Program-made: the position numbers and the translations under genes
DNA from: Oikopleura dioica
Lineage: Eukaryota; Animalia; Chordata
Direction of reading: 5' to 3'
NCBI GenBank assembly: GCA_907165135.1
Contig: OU015566.1
Coordinates: 10,416,001 to 10,480,000 of the forward strand
DNA length: 64,000 nucleotides
Shown here: positions 11,007 through 22,216 of the stretch, piece by piece
How the letters are laid out: every line of letters begins with the position of its first letter
Position numbering within the stretch: position 1 is the first letter of the stretch
Notes under the pieces: model-generated
The model's input: the letters and a program-made list of their open reading frames with translations, nothing else
What the model was told of the DNA's origin: nothing
Databases searched by the model: none

Positions 11007-12725
11007 TTAGTGGCTCCAGTTATTTTGGACTTTTTGGAGAAAGTGGAGATAGGTTTCGCGATCCATCGTCGATTTCTGATCTTCCCATAAATTGGGCTCA
11101 AGATTCAATGGCGTCATTTTTGTCTTCTCTCGACCGAGTTTGTCGAGACGGGAGAGGAGTTTGCCGCTTGATCTTTTTAGCGTCTCGTAGTATTTTGCTT
11201 GAGAACGTCTGTGAGAAATCTTGTGTTGAACAATTAGAGAAACGTAATCAGCAGGAGTTTGTGTGGTCCAAGGCTCGTGGATTTGCTCATCAGTAAGTTC
11301 TCTTACTTCGGGGACCCATTTTCTGATGTATTCCGCGTCGACTTTTGGACATTTGTGAGCCACGTCGTTTTCACACCACGCACCAGTTCCGCTTGCCCAG
11401 GCGGCATAGCCCTTCGCAAGTGGCAGATCTAAGAGGCAGAATTCTGACATAAACTGAACAGCAATATCCGGAGTTTGCCAGAGAACACCTCGGGTAAGGA
11501 ACCAAAGAACTGCTTGACGGAGAGTTGGAGCGACCCAGCCTTCTGTTCGGAATTGACGCATGACCGCATCAACCCACGGGAAACCAGTATTTCCTTCGAG
11601 CCAGGTACGGATTCGAGCTTCGTCACAGTCGAAATTCACGTCAAGATTGAGATCTTCGCCAGGGACGACAGCAAGGTTATAGAGGAAATCGCGGTGGAGC
11701 GATGAAAAATGAAGCTTGAGAGTTGCTTTTTCTCCGAAAATCTCTTCGTAGACTCTGTTCACGTCGTGATAAACCTGGCGGACGGACAGACAGCCTTGGA
11801 CGATGTACGGAGTGACAGCACGGAGATCCGGGACAGCTTGCGTCTCGCGGTTGATCAACCAATGTCGCAGGGAAGACATGAAACGTGCGCGCGCTTCTGT
11901 CTCACCGCCGGCCCAAGGAAAGTCCAGATCTTTTTTGGCGAGAATTTCGTTTTGCGGTGCTTCATCGTGGTCTTCTGAAACTGAGCACATGACAATGTCA
12001 CTTTCTGGCACGGAGATTGGCTTTTCTGGTTCAGGAAGTTGCGAGGCAACTCCGACAAAGCTGGGGAAAGTAAGTGGGGGCATGCCGCCGGCTGCTTTTA
12101 TTATTTCGCGTGGAGGGTACAAGCACTGCGGCGCATCTCGGTAAACAACTTCCACTCCATGTCGAAGAGCAAGAGACACAATGGCTCTGTCTCGTCGACG
12201 CATTTCAGTACAACCGGGATGTGCAGAAAAACCAAGACGGACGACGTTCCAGTCCGAAAATATCTGCGGAAGTCGTTCAGAAGGCTGGCCTGAGAGAACA
12301 TGAAGACGGGAACCGAGCTTTTTCAATTGCTCGTCAAGATCTGACAGAGCAGATTTGATAAATTTCCACCGTGGGCTGGATTCGTTGATAAATCGCTCGT
12401 CAAGGAAGTAGCAAAATCGGACTGCCTTGCAATCTTTCATCGCTGCTTTTAGCCCGAGGTTGTCATTCAGCCTGAGTGCAGCTTCGGTAAACCAAAATAA
12501 TGTCACGTGTTCCGGGCTGCTGAGTCCGTCGATATCTGATCTGTCCGATCCAGTCGAGGCTGGCTCCGGGGTCGCGGAAGAATTGGATGATTTTATCTCG
12601 TCATTGGATTCTGTCGATTCTCTTTTGGATTCTTTCTGCGACTCTTTGCGCAAATCGGTGGCGGGTCGTTTTCTTTGGAGACGCATTGGCGATTCGCACC
12701 GCGATGTCGATTCTTCTTTTTCCAT
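11007..12725 (-). CDS. Divergent animal cryptochrome/(6-4) photolyase-family protein, single exon, 572 aa
   Basis: Contains LFWFTEAALRLNDN, GGETEARAR, TPYIVQGCLS, WLEGNTGFPWVDAVMRQFRTEGW, FLTRG.LW and YIRKWVPE. The N-terminal Ser/acidic extension carries a basic RLQRKRP motif. Confidence 0.9.
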   Translation of the reverse strand: MEKEESTSRCESPMRLQRKRPATDLRKESQKESKRESTESNDEIKSSNSSATPEPASTGSDRSDIDGLSSPEHVTLFWFTEAALRLNDNLGLKAAMKDCKAVRFCYFLDERFINESSPRWKFIKSALSDLDEQLKKLGSRLHVLSGQPSERLPQIFSDWNVVRLGFSAHPGCTEMRRRDRAIVSLALRHGVEVVYRDAPQCLYPPREIIKAAGGMPPLTFPSFVGVASQLPEPEKPISVPESDIVMCSVSEDHDEAPQNEILAKKDLDFPWAGGETEARARFMSSLRHWLINRETQAVPDLRAVTPYIVQGCLSVRQVYHDVNRVYEEIFGEKATLKLHFSSLHRDFLYNLAVVPGEDLNLDVNFDCDEARIRTWLEGNTGFPWVDAVMRQFRTEGWVAPTLRQAVLWFLTRGVLWQTPDIAVQFMSEFCLLDLPLAKGYAAWASGTGAWCENDVAHKCPKVDAEYIRKWVPEVRELTDEQIHEPWTTQTPADYVSLIVQHKISHRRSQAKYYETLKRSSGKLLSRLDKLGREKTKMTPLNLEPNLWEDQKSTMDRETYLHFLQKVQNNWSH

Positions 12726-12858
12726 CGCTTTTTCTCTTTTTATAAATTTTTGCTCTTGGTAAAACTTTTGTTAAAAAAATTACAAAATATTTTTTCACGC
12801 TCTGGGTTAGACTACTGGAGCGAGGGTTTTAAGAAATGGGGAGTTCGGAGTAAGAGAG

Positions 12859-13068
12859 TTATGTAAGTTAAGATTGGCGATTGGCAGCCGCGAGCGGTCT
12901 TACGACACCACCGCCGAGTACCACACCGTTTGAAGGAGAGCGACGGCGCTCTATCCTGGTGCTCGGCCCATTGCGCCAAACACCACACCACCATAATTGG
13001 TGATGTAAGATCGGCAAGGCAACGCAAAGACCCAAAGGCGAAGGCCGTCTCACGTTTAGTGTAACGTG
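12859..13068 (-). promoter_or_regulatory. Putative cryptochrome promoter: D-box, two CCAAT boxes and paired E'-boxes
   Basis: TTATGTAA at 12859-12866, ATTGG at 12873-12877 and 12880-12884, and CACGTT-N6-AACGTG at 13051-13068. A canonical CACGTG lies further upstream at 13606-13611. These are motif matches only. Confidence 0.45.
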
Positions 13069-14238
13069 AAATCTTCGAAGTTATTTCGCAAAATGAAGAA
13101 AATTTTTAGTAGATTTCATGCTGCATCAAAGTCAGTTTTGATAATTTCCAGTGACGGGCAATAAATATTCGTTCGAGCTTTATTGCTGAAAGATGGGAAT
13201 TTTCGAAAACATTTATTGAATTCTGACCGAAGGAGAAAAAAAAACGAAAAATAGTGGCTAAATGACCAAATTAATGAGGGAAGTTGCACTGAAAATAATG
13301 AATGTCTAACTGTGCTTTTTTAATCGACTGTGTTCTCGCAGTAAAAGTCGGCATATCCAGCCTGGATAATCCAGGTATCGATCCCTAAAATCCCTCTATC
13401 CCGAGACTTGATCGTTTGTAAAGCTTTTCGCTAGAGAATATGAGAACTTATTTTGGGCGGATGTGAGAGCTATTGGAAACAAATCGTTACGGAAATTGGG
13501 AGTCAAGTTCAAAGGGCGGAATGCGAGGGGGAACACGTTGCTGGAGGATTTTCCGCTTCAATGCGTAGATAGCCTCATGGACAGCTGCGACGCCAATGTC
13601 AAGGCCACGTGATGCACGGTGATTACTTACACTTGTACAAGAAATATTCCGAACTGAGACCTGTAACTTCGAAGCTTTATCAATGCATCATGAATTTCTA
13701 CAAAAAGAAATATCATGTTGAATTTATCCTTATTAATTTATTCGTCGAATACATGAAATCATTTTCTCTCGAAAAGATCGTTGAAATTGCCATGTTTAAT
13801 GTTTAACTTGCCATTGACATGAAACATTAAAACGTAACAACTAAGTTTTGCCGAGCATTTTAAACATATCATGCAGGTACAGACTTGGCATTATTACCTA
13901 TTAGATAAACATGGATTCCTACTTATGAATCAAAACAAAAATGATGCCTTTACTTGCTGCTCGATTACTACGATCATTGTTTGATGATGAACAAGCGCCC
14001 GTTTAGTTGGGGTCTGCGGTAGTCGCGGGCAGATTGGTGGTGTCATTGGCGGTGTAGTGCGCTATCGACACTTTTTTCGCGCAGGGTGGTGCCCCGCTGC
14101 TCCACCGCCGCTGCTCAAGACTTCCAAGAAGGAGTCCTCCAAGGCCATGTGAGCGACTAGCCGCAATTATTTCGTCATATCAAAACCGCATCACATTTGA
14201 TAAAACGGAAATAAAATCAACATAGAAAGCCTTTGAAT

Positions 14239-15471
<1,233 letters not shown>

Positions 15472-15860
15472 GATGAGTTCTCTTGGTTCCTTTTCAAGAA
15501 GAAGAATAAGGACCAAAACGTGAATTGTTGTAAAACTTTTTTGTTCAAATATTAGACCAAGAGCTTGCAAGAGCCACACCCAGGGTCAGCATAGAGCAAA
15601 GGAGTGTTACTACGAGTCCTTGAAATTATGTTGTCTCTTTCCATTGTTACAACAAAAAATAGTATCTGTCAAATGACATGGAAACAGAAATAAGTAAGGG
15701 GCGATTTTGAGTACTCGCAAACAATCCTACAACCATCCTGCGACTCGTGTAGAAACGTCAATAAATACGTGCTTGACAATAGATAAGAGTCAACAATCTG
15801 TAGGAATCGACAGTTATTCTGTTGACCATTCGGCCAGTTCTTACTTAGGAACCAGAGAAA

Positions 15861-18800
15861 ATGGCAGAGGACTCGATTAAAGTGGCCATCCGGCTACGGC
15901 CGTTCAATACGCGGGAAAAGAAACAACCTGGTGGGCCGAAGCTTGTTATTGGAATGGAAGGACCGAATCTTGTTATAAGCGAACCTTCAAAAAGGGACAA
16001 GGTGTTCAAATTCGATCATTGGTAAGAGTCAATGTCTAAAATCAACATACGAGTAATTTTGTAGTTTATGGTCGCATGATGGATTTAAAGAACAGCAAGG
16101 GGGATATTTTGCTCCATCAGGATTTAAGTCAAAATATGCCGATCAAAACTATGTTTATAAAGAATTGGGAGCACCCCTTCTCGAAAATGCTTTGAAAGGA
16201 TTTAATTGTGCGATCTTTGCTTATGGTCAAACTGGATCAGGAAAGTCATACTCGATCTTCGGAAATGAGAAAAATAAGGGCATCATTCCTATGATCATAA
16301 ATAACTTATATGAACATATAAACAAAACGCGATCAACTGGTGCTATCGATTTCTCTGTTCGTGTAACGATGCTTGAAATATACAATGAAGAAGTTCGCGA
16401 TTTACTTTCTAAATCAGGGGAAAAGAAGAAATTACAAATACGGGAGAATAAGAAAGAATTCTTTGTTCCAGGTCTTCAAGACAAACCAGTTTTTTCATAC
16501 GCTGATGTTGATTCGTGGCTAAAAATTGGCGAAAAAAACAGAACAATTGGAGCGACAAAAATGAATGAAACATCCAGTCGCGCGCATACTATTTTTACGA
16601 TAAAAATAACCCAAAATGTGGTAGAAAGCGGAGACGTAAAGAATTCAGAAATGGTTTTGGTTGATCTTGCTGGCTCTGAACGCACTGGGAAAGCTGAAAC
16701 TACAGGAATTCGACAAAAAGAAGGAATAGGCATCAATAAATCACTAACAACTCTTGGCTTAGTATTTCAAAGCTTATACGATATGCAGAAAGGTAAACCA
16801 AATGTCGTGATTCCTTGGCGTGATTCTTCCTTAACAAAACTTCTGAAAAAAGCGCTTTCTGGAAACTCTAAAACTGTTATGGTTGCCGCGATTTCACCAG
16901 ATTTTAATAATTATGAAGAAACAATGAGCACACTCTGGTACGCTGATAAAGTAAAATCATTAAAAACAAAAGCTGTTGTGAATGTTCAAACCAGTCACCG
17001 TGCTGTTGATGAATTAGAACGAGAGCTTGCGCGGCTAAGACAAGAACAAGCAAATCAGCCGAAGATAGTTGAGGAGCAAATCATTAACCTATCCGACGAG
17101 GAAAGAAAAGAGCTTGAGGATGAAATCGAACGTCAGCGACAAGAGCTAGAAACACAGATTAAAAACACAGAAGCACGAATTAACGACCTAACTTCAGACT
17201 ATGAAAAACGGCTCAAAAATCATCGAGCTGAGTCTGAGGCAAGAATCAAAGAGCTTGCCGACTTTGAACAGAAAAAACGCACGGAACCACACTTATGGAA
17301 TCTTGCTAAAGACAGCAGAGAGACCGGAAATATTGTTTATTTTTTACATCGAGGTAGATTTCAAACTATGTCGGACTCTACTTTTTATTTTTTTTAAAGG
17401 AGTTACAATGGGTGGATCACAAGATAATAGCGGAATTCAACTAAAGTTTCCCGGAATTCGACCTCAGGAAATTGAAAAAAATATTTATTTCAATCAATTG
17501 ATTATATTTGATTAAATCAATCAAAAAGCATATACGAATTACAAATACAAAGAACAAGCTCATCACTTTAGAATTCACTCAACAAGGACAACAATCAAGA
17601 TTTCCTGTCCATATCAATGGCAAGTCAGTTTCAACCAAAGTCAAGCACACTTTGTATCATGGTGATCAGATCTCTTTTGGAATGGCACTTGTTTTCGTTC
17701 TTCATCACCCTCAAGACCTTGCCACAAGGATTGAAGAAGGAGAAAATGCAAATCGTATGAATTTTAGAGTTTTTAGTTAATATTTTGATATAAGGTGAAC
17801 ATAAAAGCTATGATGAAATCATGGAGGAAATCGCGGACTTTGGAGAACAGATAGAGAAGAATAAACAAACAATTGCTGACAGCAATGAGAGAATTCAACT
17901 TATGCAACAAGTTGCGAAGGCTAATTTTATCGGTCGAGAATTGTTCAAAAATGTCTTCTACGAAATTGTCTACCCATCAAAAAAATTAACTGATAATCCA
18001 CATTGTGGCATCAAAAAAACATATATCTATGCACAAAATGATGATGGAGTTGGCTACTACCTCGAAAAAGAGAAGTTCGAAGATAATTTTGAGCACATGG
18101 AAGAAATGTACACTGATTTTCAAGAAGGAAAAGATGTCGACCTTGAGCCTGGAACGGATCCCTTCGTGAAAGATAGCCTTGCTTGTAATCTTGTGGGCAT
18201 GGCTTCTATCAAATTAAACCCGATCGGATATGTTGGTGAAAAGTGGCAGTCGATAAAAATTAAAAATCTTTCCGGCGAAGACCTCGGAATCGGAGGAGTG
18301 AAGCATGGACCATGCGATGAAGTCGGAAACAGACAGGATGTTTTCCGAGGCCACGTGAATTATAGTGTTGAGTTCAATAAACTTCGATTCTCAAAGCTCA
18401 AGTAAATATCTTTTGATTCCGATTACTAATTCGATTATGTTTTTAGGCCTAAAACAACGGAAATTCGATTTGTTCTTCTTGACAAGGAAGAGAGAAAAAC
18501 GAGGCCGAAGGCAAAGGAAATTCCTGACTTTGAAGGTGATAAGAAAATAGTACCTCTTGGTCCAGAAACAAAAAACCTGAGAGATCAACTTGCAGGAGGT
18601 ACTCTTTGGATCCAGGTTCATGGAATTATCAAAGGAAGAGAAAGACTTGGCCGTGAGATGACTGGGTTGGAAGAACCTCAGGTTGATGAAGAAAAGGAAA
18701 ACATGAGAGTACTTCTTGAAGAGTTGAAAATAAAAATTTCTGATCAAGATGGGCAAATAAATGATCAGCAGAAAATAATTGAAGATCAGAAACGTTCACA

Positions 18801-19958
18801 AGAAGAACAACAGCGGCGCATGAATGATCAACAGAGAATGCTCGACGAGCTGCTAACTGGACAAAAGAAAATGATGGAGGCTATTGAACGCGAAAAAGCT
18901 AACCCACCATCTCCACCGAAAAACTATGATTCTAAATTTGAAGCTATTAATAAAAGGCTTGATGATATCCCTCGTCAGCAAGCAAGTATTACCAATTTCA
19001 ACCAAACGATCATTAATCGAATGCACCAGGACAATAGATACATCCACAACAAGTTAAACTTTCTCATTCAAGACCAAAAAATTTCAGGTTATGAGATTTA
19101 TTCGTAAAATAAATCAAACCGTTCTAGTGGCAATGCGTAACGATGTGACTCGATTCATTTCAAGTACTCGAGGATGCCTTCAATGGCTGAACCCTGAATT
19201 CTTCCGAAAATTGATGCAGGAGATTTTGATGATCCACGCTAAGGTCGACAAGTTGCTCAAGTGCGCTTGCAAATGTGATGAAAAAGAAATCAAAGAAGTG
19301 GTCGCTGCGATCAACGGATTCACTTTTCCAGATATTGATTCAACAGAATCAATTGTTCTAGAGGTCTGGTTTTAATTATATTTTTCGGTAGATAATAATT
19401 TAGACACCGACGGTGGAAAACGAAGTGAAGACTGACCAAGAGAAGCTGAAAATACAGATTAATCAAGCAAATGGATACGAGCAAATGTCATATGAAGAAC
19501 TTCGTCGAGCGCAAGAATCAGGTCATTCTGAAGTAACAACTGGCTTTACGACTTATGAGCAAATTCCAAATCCAACTCCTCGTCCAAAGAGTGCAAAAAA
19601 GGCAACGACTCATAAAGAGCCACAAAAAGCTTCGCCAAAAACGAAACCACTTGCGATCGAAACTGTACCAGATGAATCTCTTTCAAAAATAACTCCTGCT
19701 TACGAAAACATACCTCAGAGGCCTTCTTCGACGAAATCTTCTGAAAGCTCCCCGCCAAAAGATCCTTCGACTAAGGACAAAAAGGAAGACAAGAAGTCAA
19801 AGAAGAGCGACCCAACTAAAGAATCAAAGAAGAAGCCAAAAAGCGCCAGCAAAGAAAAAGACCTCCGAAGTTCTACTCGTGCCGTTTCCCCTCCCCCAAA
19901 TCCTCCTCTTTCTACTGATCAACAAAATCCTCAATCAGAAGCCTGTGCTATTATGTAA
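15861..19958 (+). CDS. Kinesin-3 family motor (KIF28/KLP-6-like) with FHA domain, coiled coil, basic tail and C-terminal CAIM
   Basis: Motor motifs IKVAIRLRPFN, WSHDGF, AYGQTGSGKSYS, NETSSRAH, DLAGSE and HVIPWRDSSLT-type; FHA region 17400-17750. Exons join in frame to the ORF ending EACAIM* at 19958. The junction near 19030-19087 needs a GA-AG intron and is the least certain. Confidence 0.8.
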
Positions 19959-22216
19959 TCGCCTTCTTGATTCAGTAATTGAAAATAAAATTTATATTCT
20001 GTTTTGCTACCGAGTTGCCCTCTTCTTACATAAGACCATTGTAAATTGAAGAAGAGAATGTGCAGAGATAGAGGTAATTGTATTCAGTAATCTGAAGGGT
20101 CATAAACTTAATTCGTTTTCTGAAAGGTATGAAATTACCTTACAGTATTGATGAGCGGCCTTGGAGCGACACGTTCAATAAATTCAAACGACTAAGATAG
20201 AGGAATCTAAAAAAAAGCGAGAGAAAAACTTTTTCGACGAAAACAAAACCATTAGCTTTTGGTAATCCAATAATTCTGCAATAAACGATGACCTCGATGA
20301 TCCCGTTTCCGTCAACTGGCGAGGTGGCGATCAGATGACCACCGAGACGATTTTTGCTTTTCAAGTTTTCCGTTTTGTTGCCCAGCGTGTCGCTGGATAG
20401 AGATGGTCGTCCCTGCGCAGATCCCAAAAACGCGCGTTTATCGCAAAGCTCGCGATTCTGATAAAGAAGTTGAAATTGAAGCAAAGCGAAATGCGAGAAA
20501 TCGAGCAAGGAAATGATGATCACGTTTTCTTCACTTTTCTATCCTCTCTTCCAAATTAACCCCCCAGCGGATTATCCGGACTATAAGTAGTTCTCAATGA
20601 ACGCAGTTATTCAATTTGAAATACAATATTCACGTGCTTATAAATGTCCCATTTGAAACCAAACGGCTTCTCTGCGTTTTTCGATTTTTTTGTCTTTGTT
20701 TTTGAATTCTGCGAATTTTTCATGAGAGGTAACGCTGTAAATAATGAAAGAGGGCTGAGAAAATTAGCTTTGACCGAGATGCCCGTCTCGTCTTTTTCCT
20801 CTTTTTTTTTTCTTTGAGAGTGAGTTTGAAAGAAAGTTCTTAGAGAGCCACTTGTCCGAAAGACTGGGAGCATGTGATCATCAGTATGGAATCAGCAAGC
20901 CAATGCCGGACGATGTTATACTAGAGAGGATCCGACGAGCTTCCGGAATCTCCGAAAACACGAAGCTCAACATGGAATACATGTTCAGAAAACGGGTAAG
21001 CGATAAAAAAAATTGTGTTTCTCGTTGACAATGAACCCATTCCCGAATTAAAAAGAGAGAATCAGAACATGTTAAATTACCGAGCAAAATGAATGTAAAT
21101 GGGCTCTTTAAAATAAGCCAGAATCAACAGTTCTTTATTCAGAGAAAAAGGATCAAATGAGGGTGACAAGTAATTTTGATGAATTTCTGAAAAGGAATTC
21201 TTTCCCTTTTCCGAATATTCAAAATTTTTACACGCTTCCCATACAATCTGCAAGCGTAACGAGCAAACTCAATGATGTAAGTTATCAGTTGCAATTTCAA
21301 TTGAAACTTGACCTTGTAATCGCTTAAATCAGCTCAGTCAATCAAACTTATCAGAGTACAACATAAAAGATGCGTTACAGTCAAAGCTGACTGTACTATC
21401 GTTCTGAGCGTCTTCATAAAGTGACAAGTTAATCAATTACCAATCTCTATCAGCCACCATAAAAAGCTTTGTGCGAGATGGAACCCGGGTTTTATTTTCT
21501 CGTCGAGATCATTTTCTTAATTCGCCCTAGCTGAAATAAAAAAAACAGCAAGTATCGAAATATTTTCACCTGATTTTTGCGGACAACAAAGAGAATCTTC
21601 TAAAATGCTCTTAACCTGATTACTCGGTCATAGTCTTAGTCGATAGCAAGATTCTGATCATCAGAATACATTTGCTTACCACGAAAAAACAATAAGCATC
21701 TCTCGTATTCTATTTTATCTATCTCGGCCCTAACGAAAATTAAAAATTAAGAGAGCGCGCAGATCGAATTTTTTCGCGTGTCTTCGTTCCTTTGAAATGG
21801 ACGGAAGGGAAATTTAACTGGCTCAAGAGAGAACACAACGCAAGAAATAGTAGCCATGGGAAGAAGGCTTTTCAAGTGTAAAGGGTTGACGATGATCTGC
21901 TGGTTCTTGGCTTTAGAAATCTAGGAGCATAATTAATATTTGAAGGGTGGCAATTTTCGAGCAAAGAAATCTAGCAAAGGGATTCGGATGATTCAGTACC
22001 AGTCTGTTCAAGAATCGATAAACCGCTTTTATCAGTACCTAACGCAGCTCGATTCGCGCTCCTTATGCTCATCTTGAAAATAGACAATGAGTTTATTTAA
22101 AGAGTCGCTTACAGAATAGAGAGTTCACAAAAAGAGTCTTCGTTGATTTCATTTTTTGAATGACAGTCAGTCAAAATAGCAAATTCTTGTCCGTTGTCGA
22201 CCCTTTTCAAAAGGGG

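Noticed and set aside
11007-12725. Retrogene origin of the intronless cryptochrome
   Set aside because: There is no poly-A remnant or TSD, and neighbouring genes also have exons of 1-1.3 kb, so lack of introns alone is weak evidence.
12796-13090. RNase P/MRP RNA (GGGGAGTTCGGAG as CR-I) or telomerase RNA (CTAACCC)
   Set aside because: The candidate CR-V (CTTCGAAGTTA) does not give a proper P4 helix, other conserved regions are missing, and the template-like match is too short.
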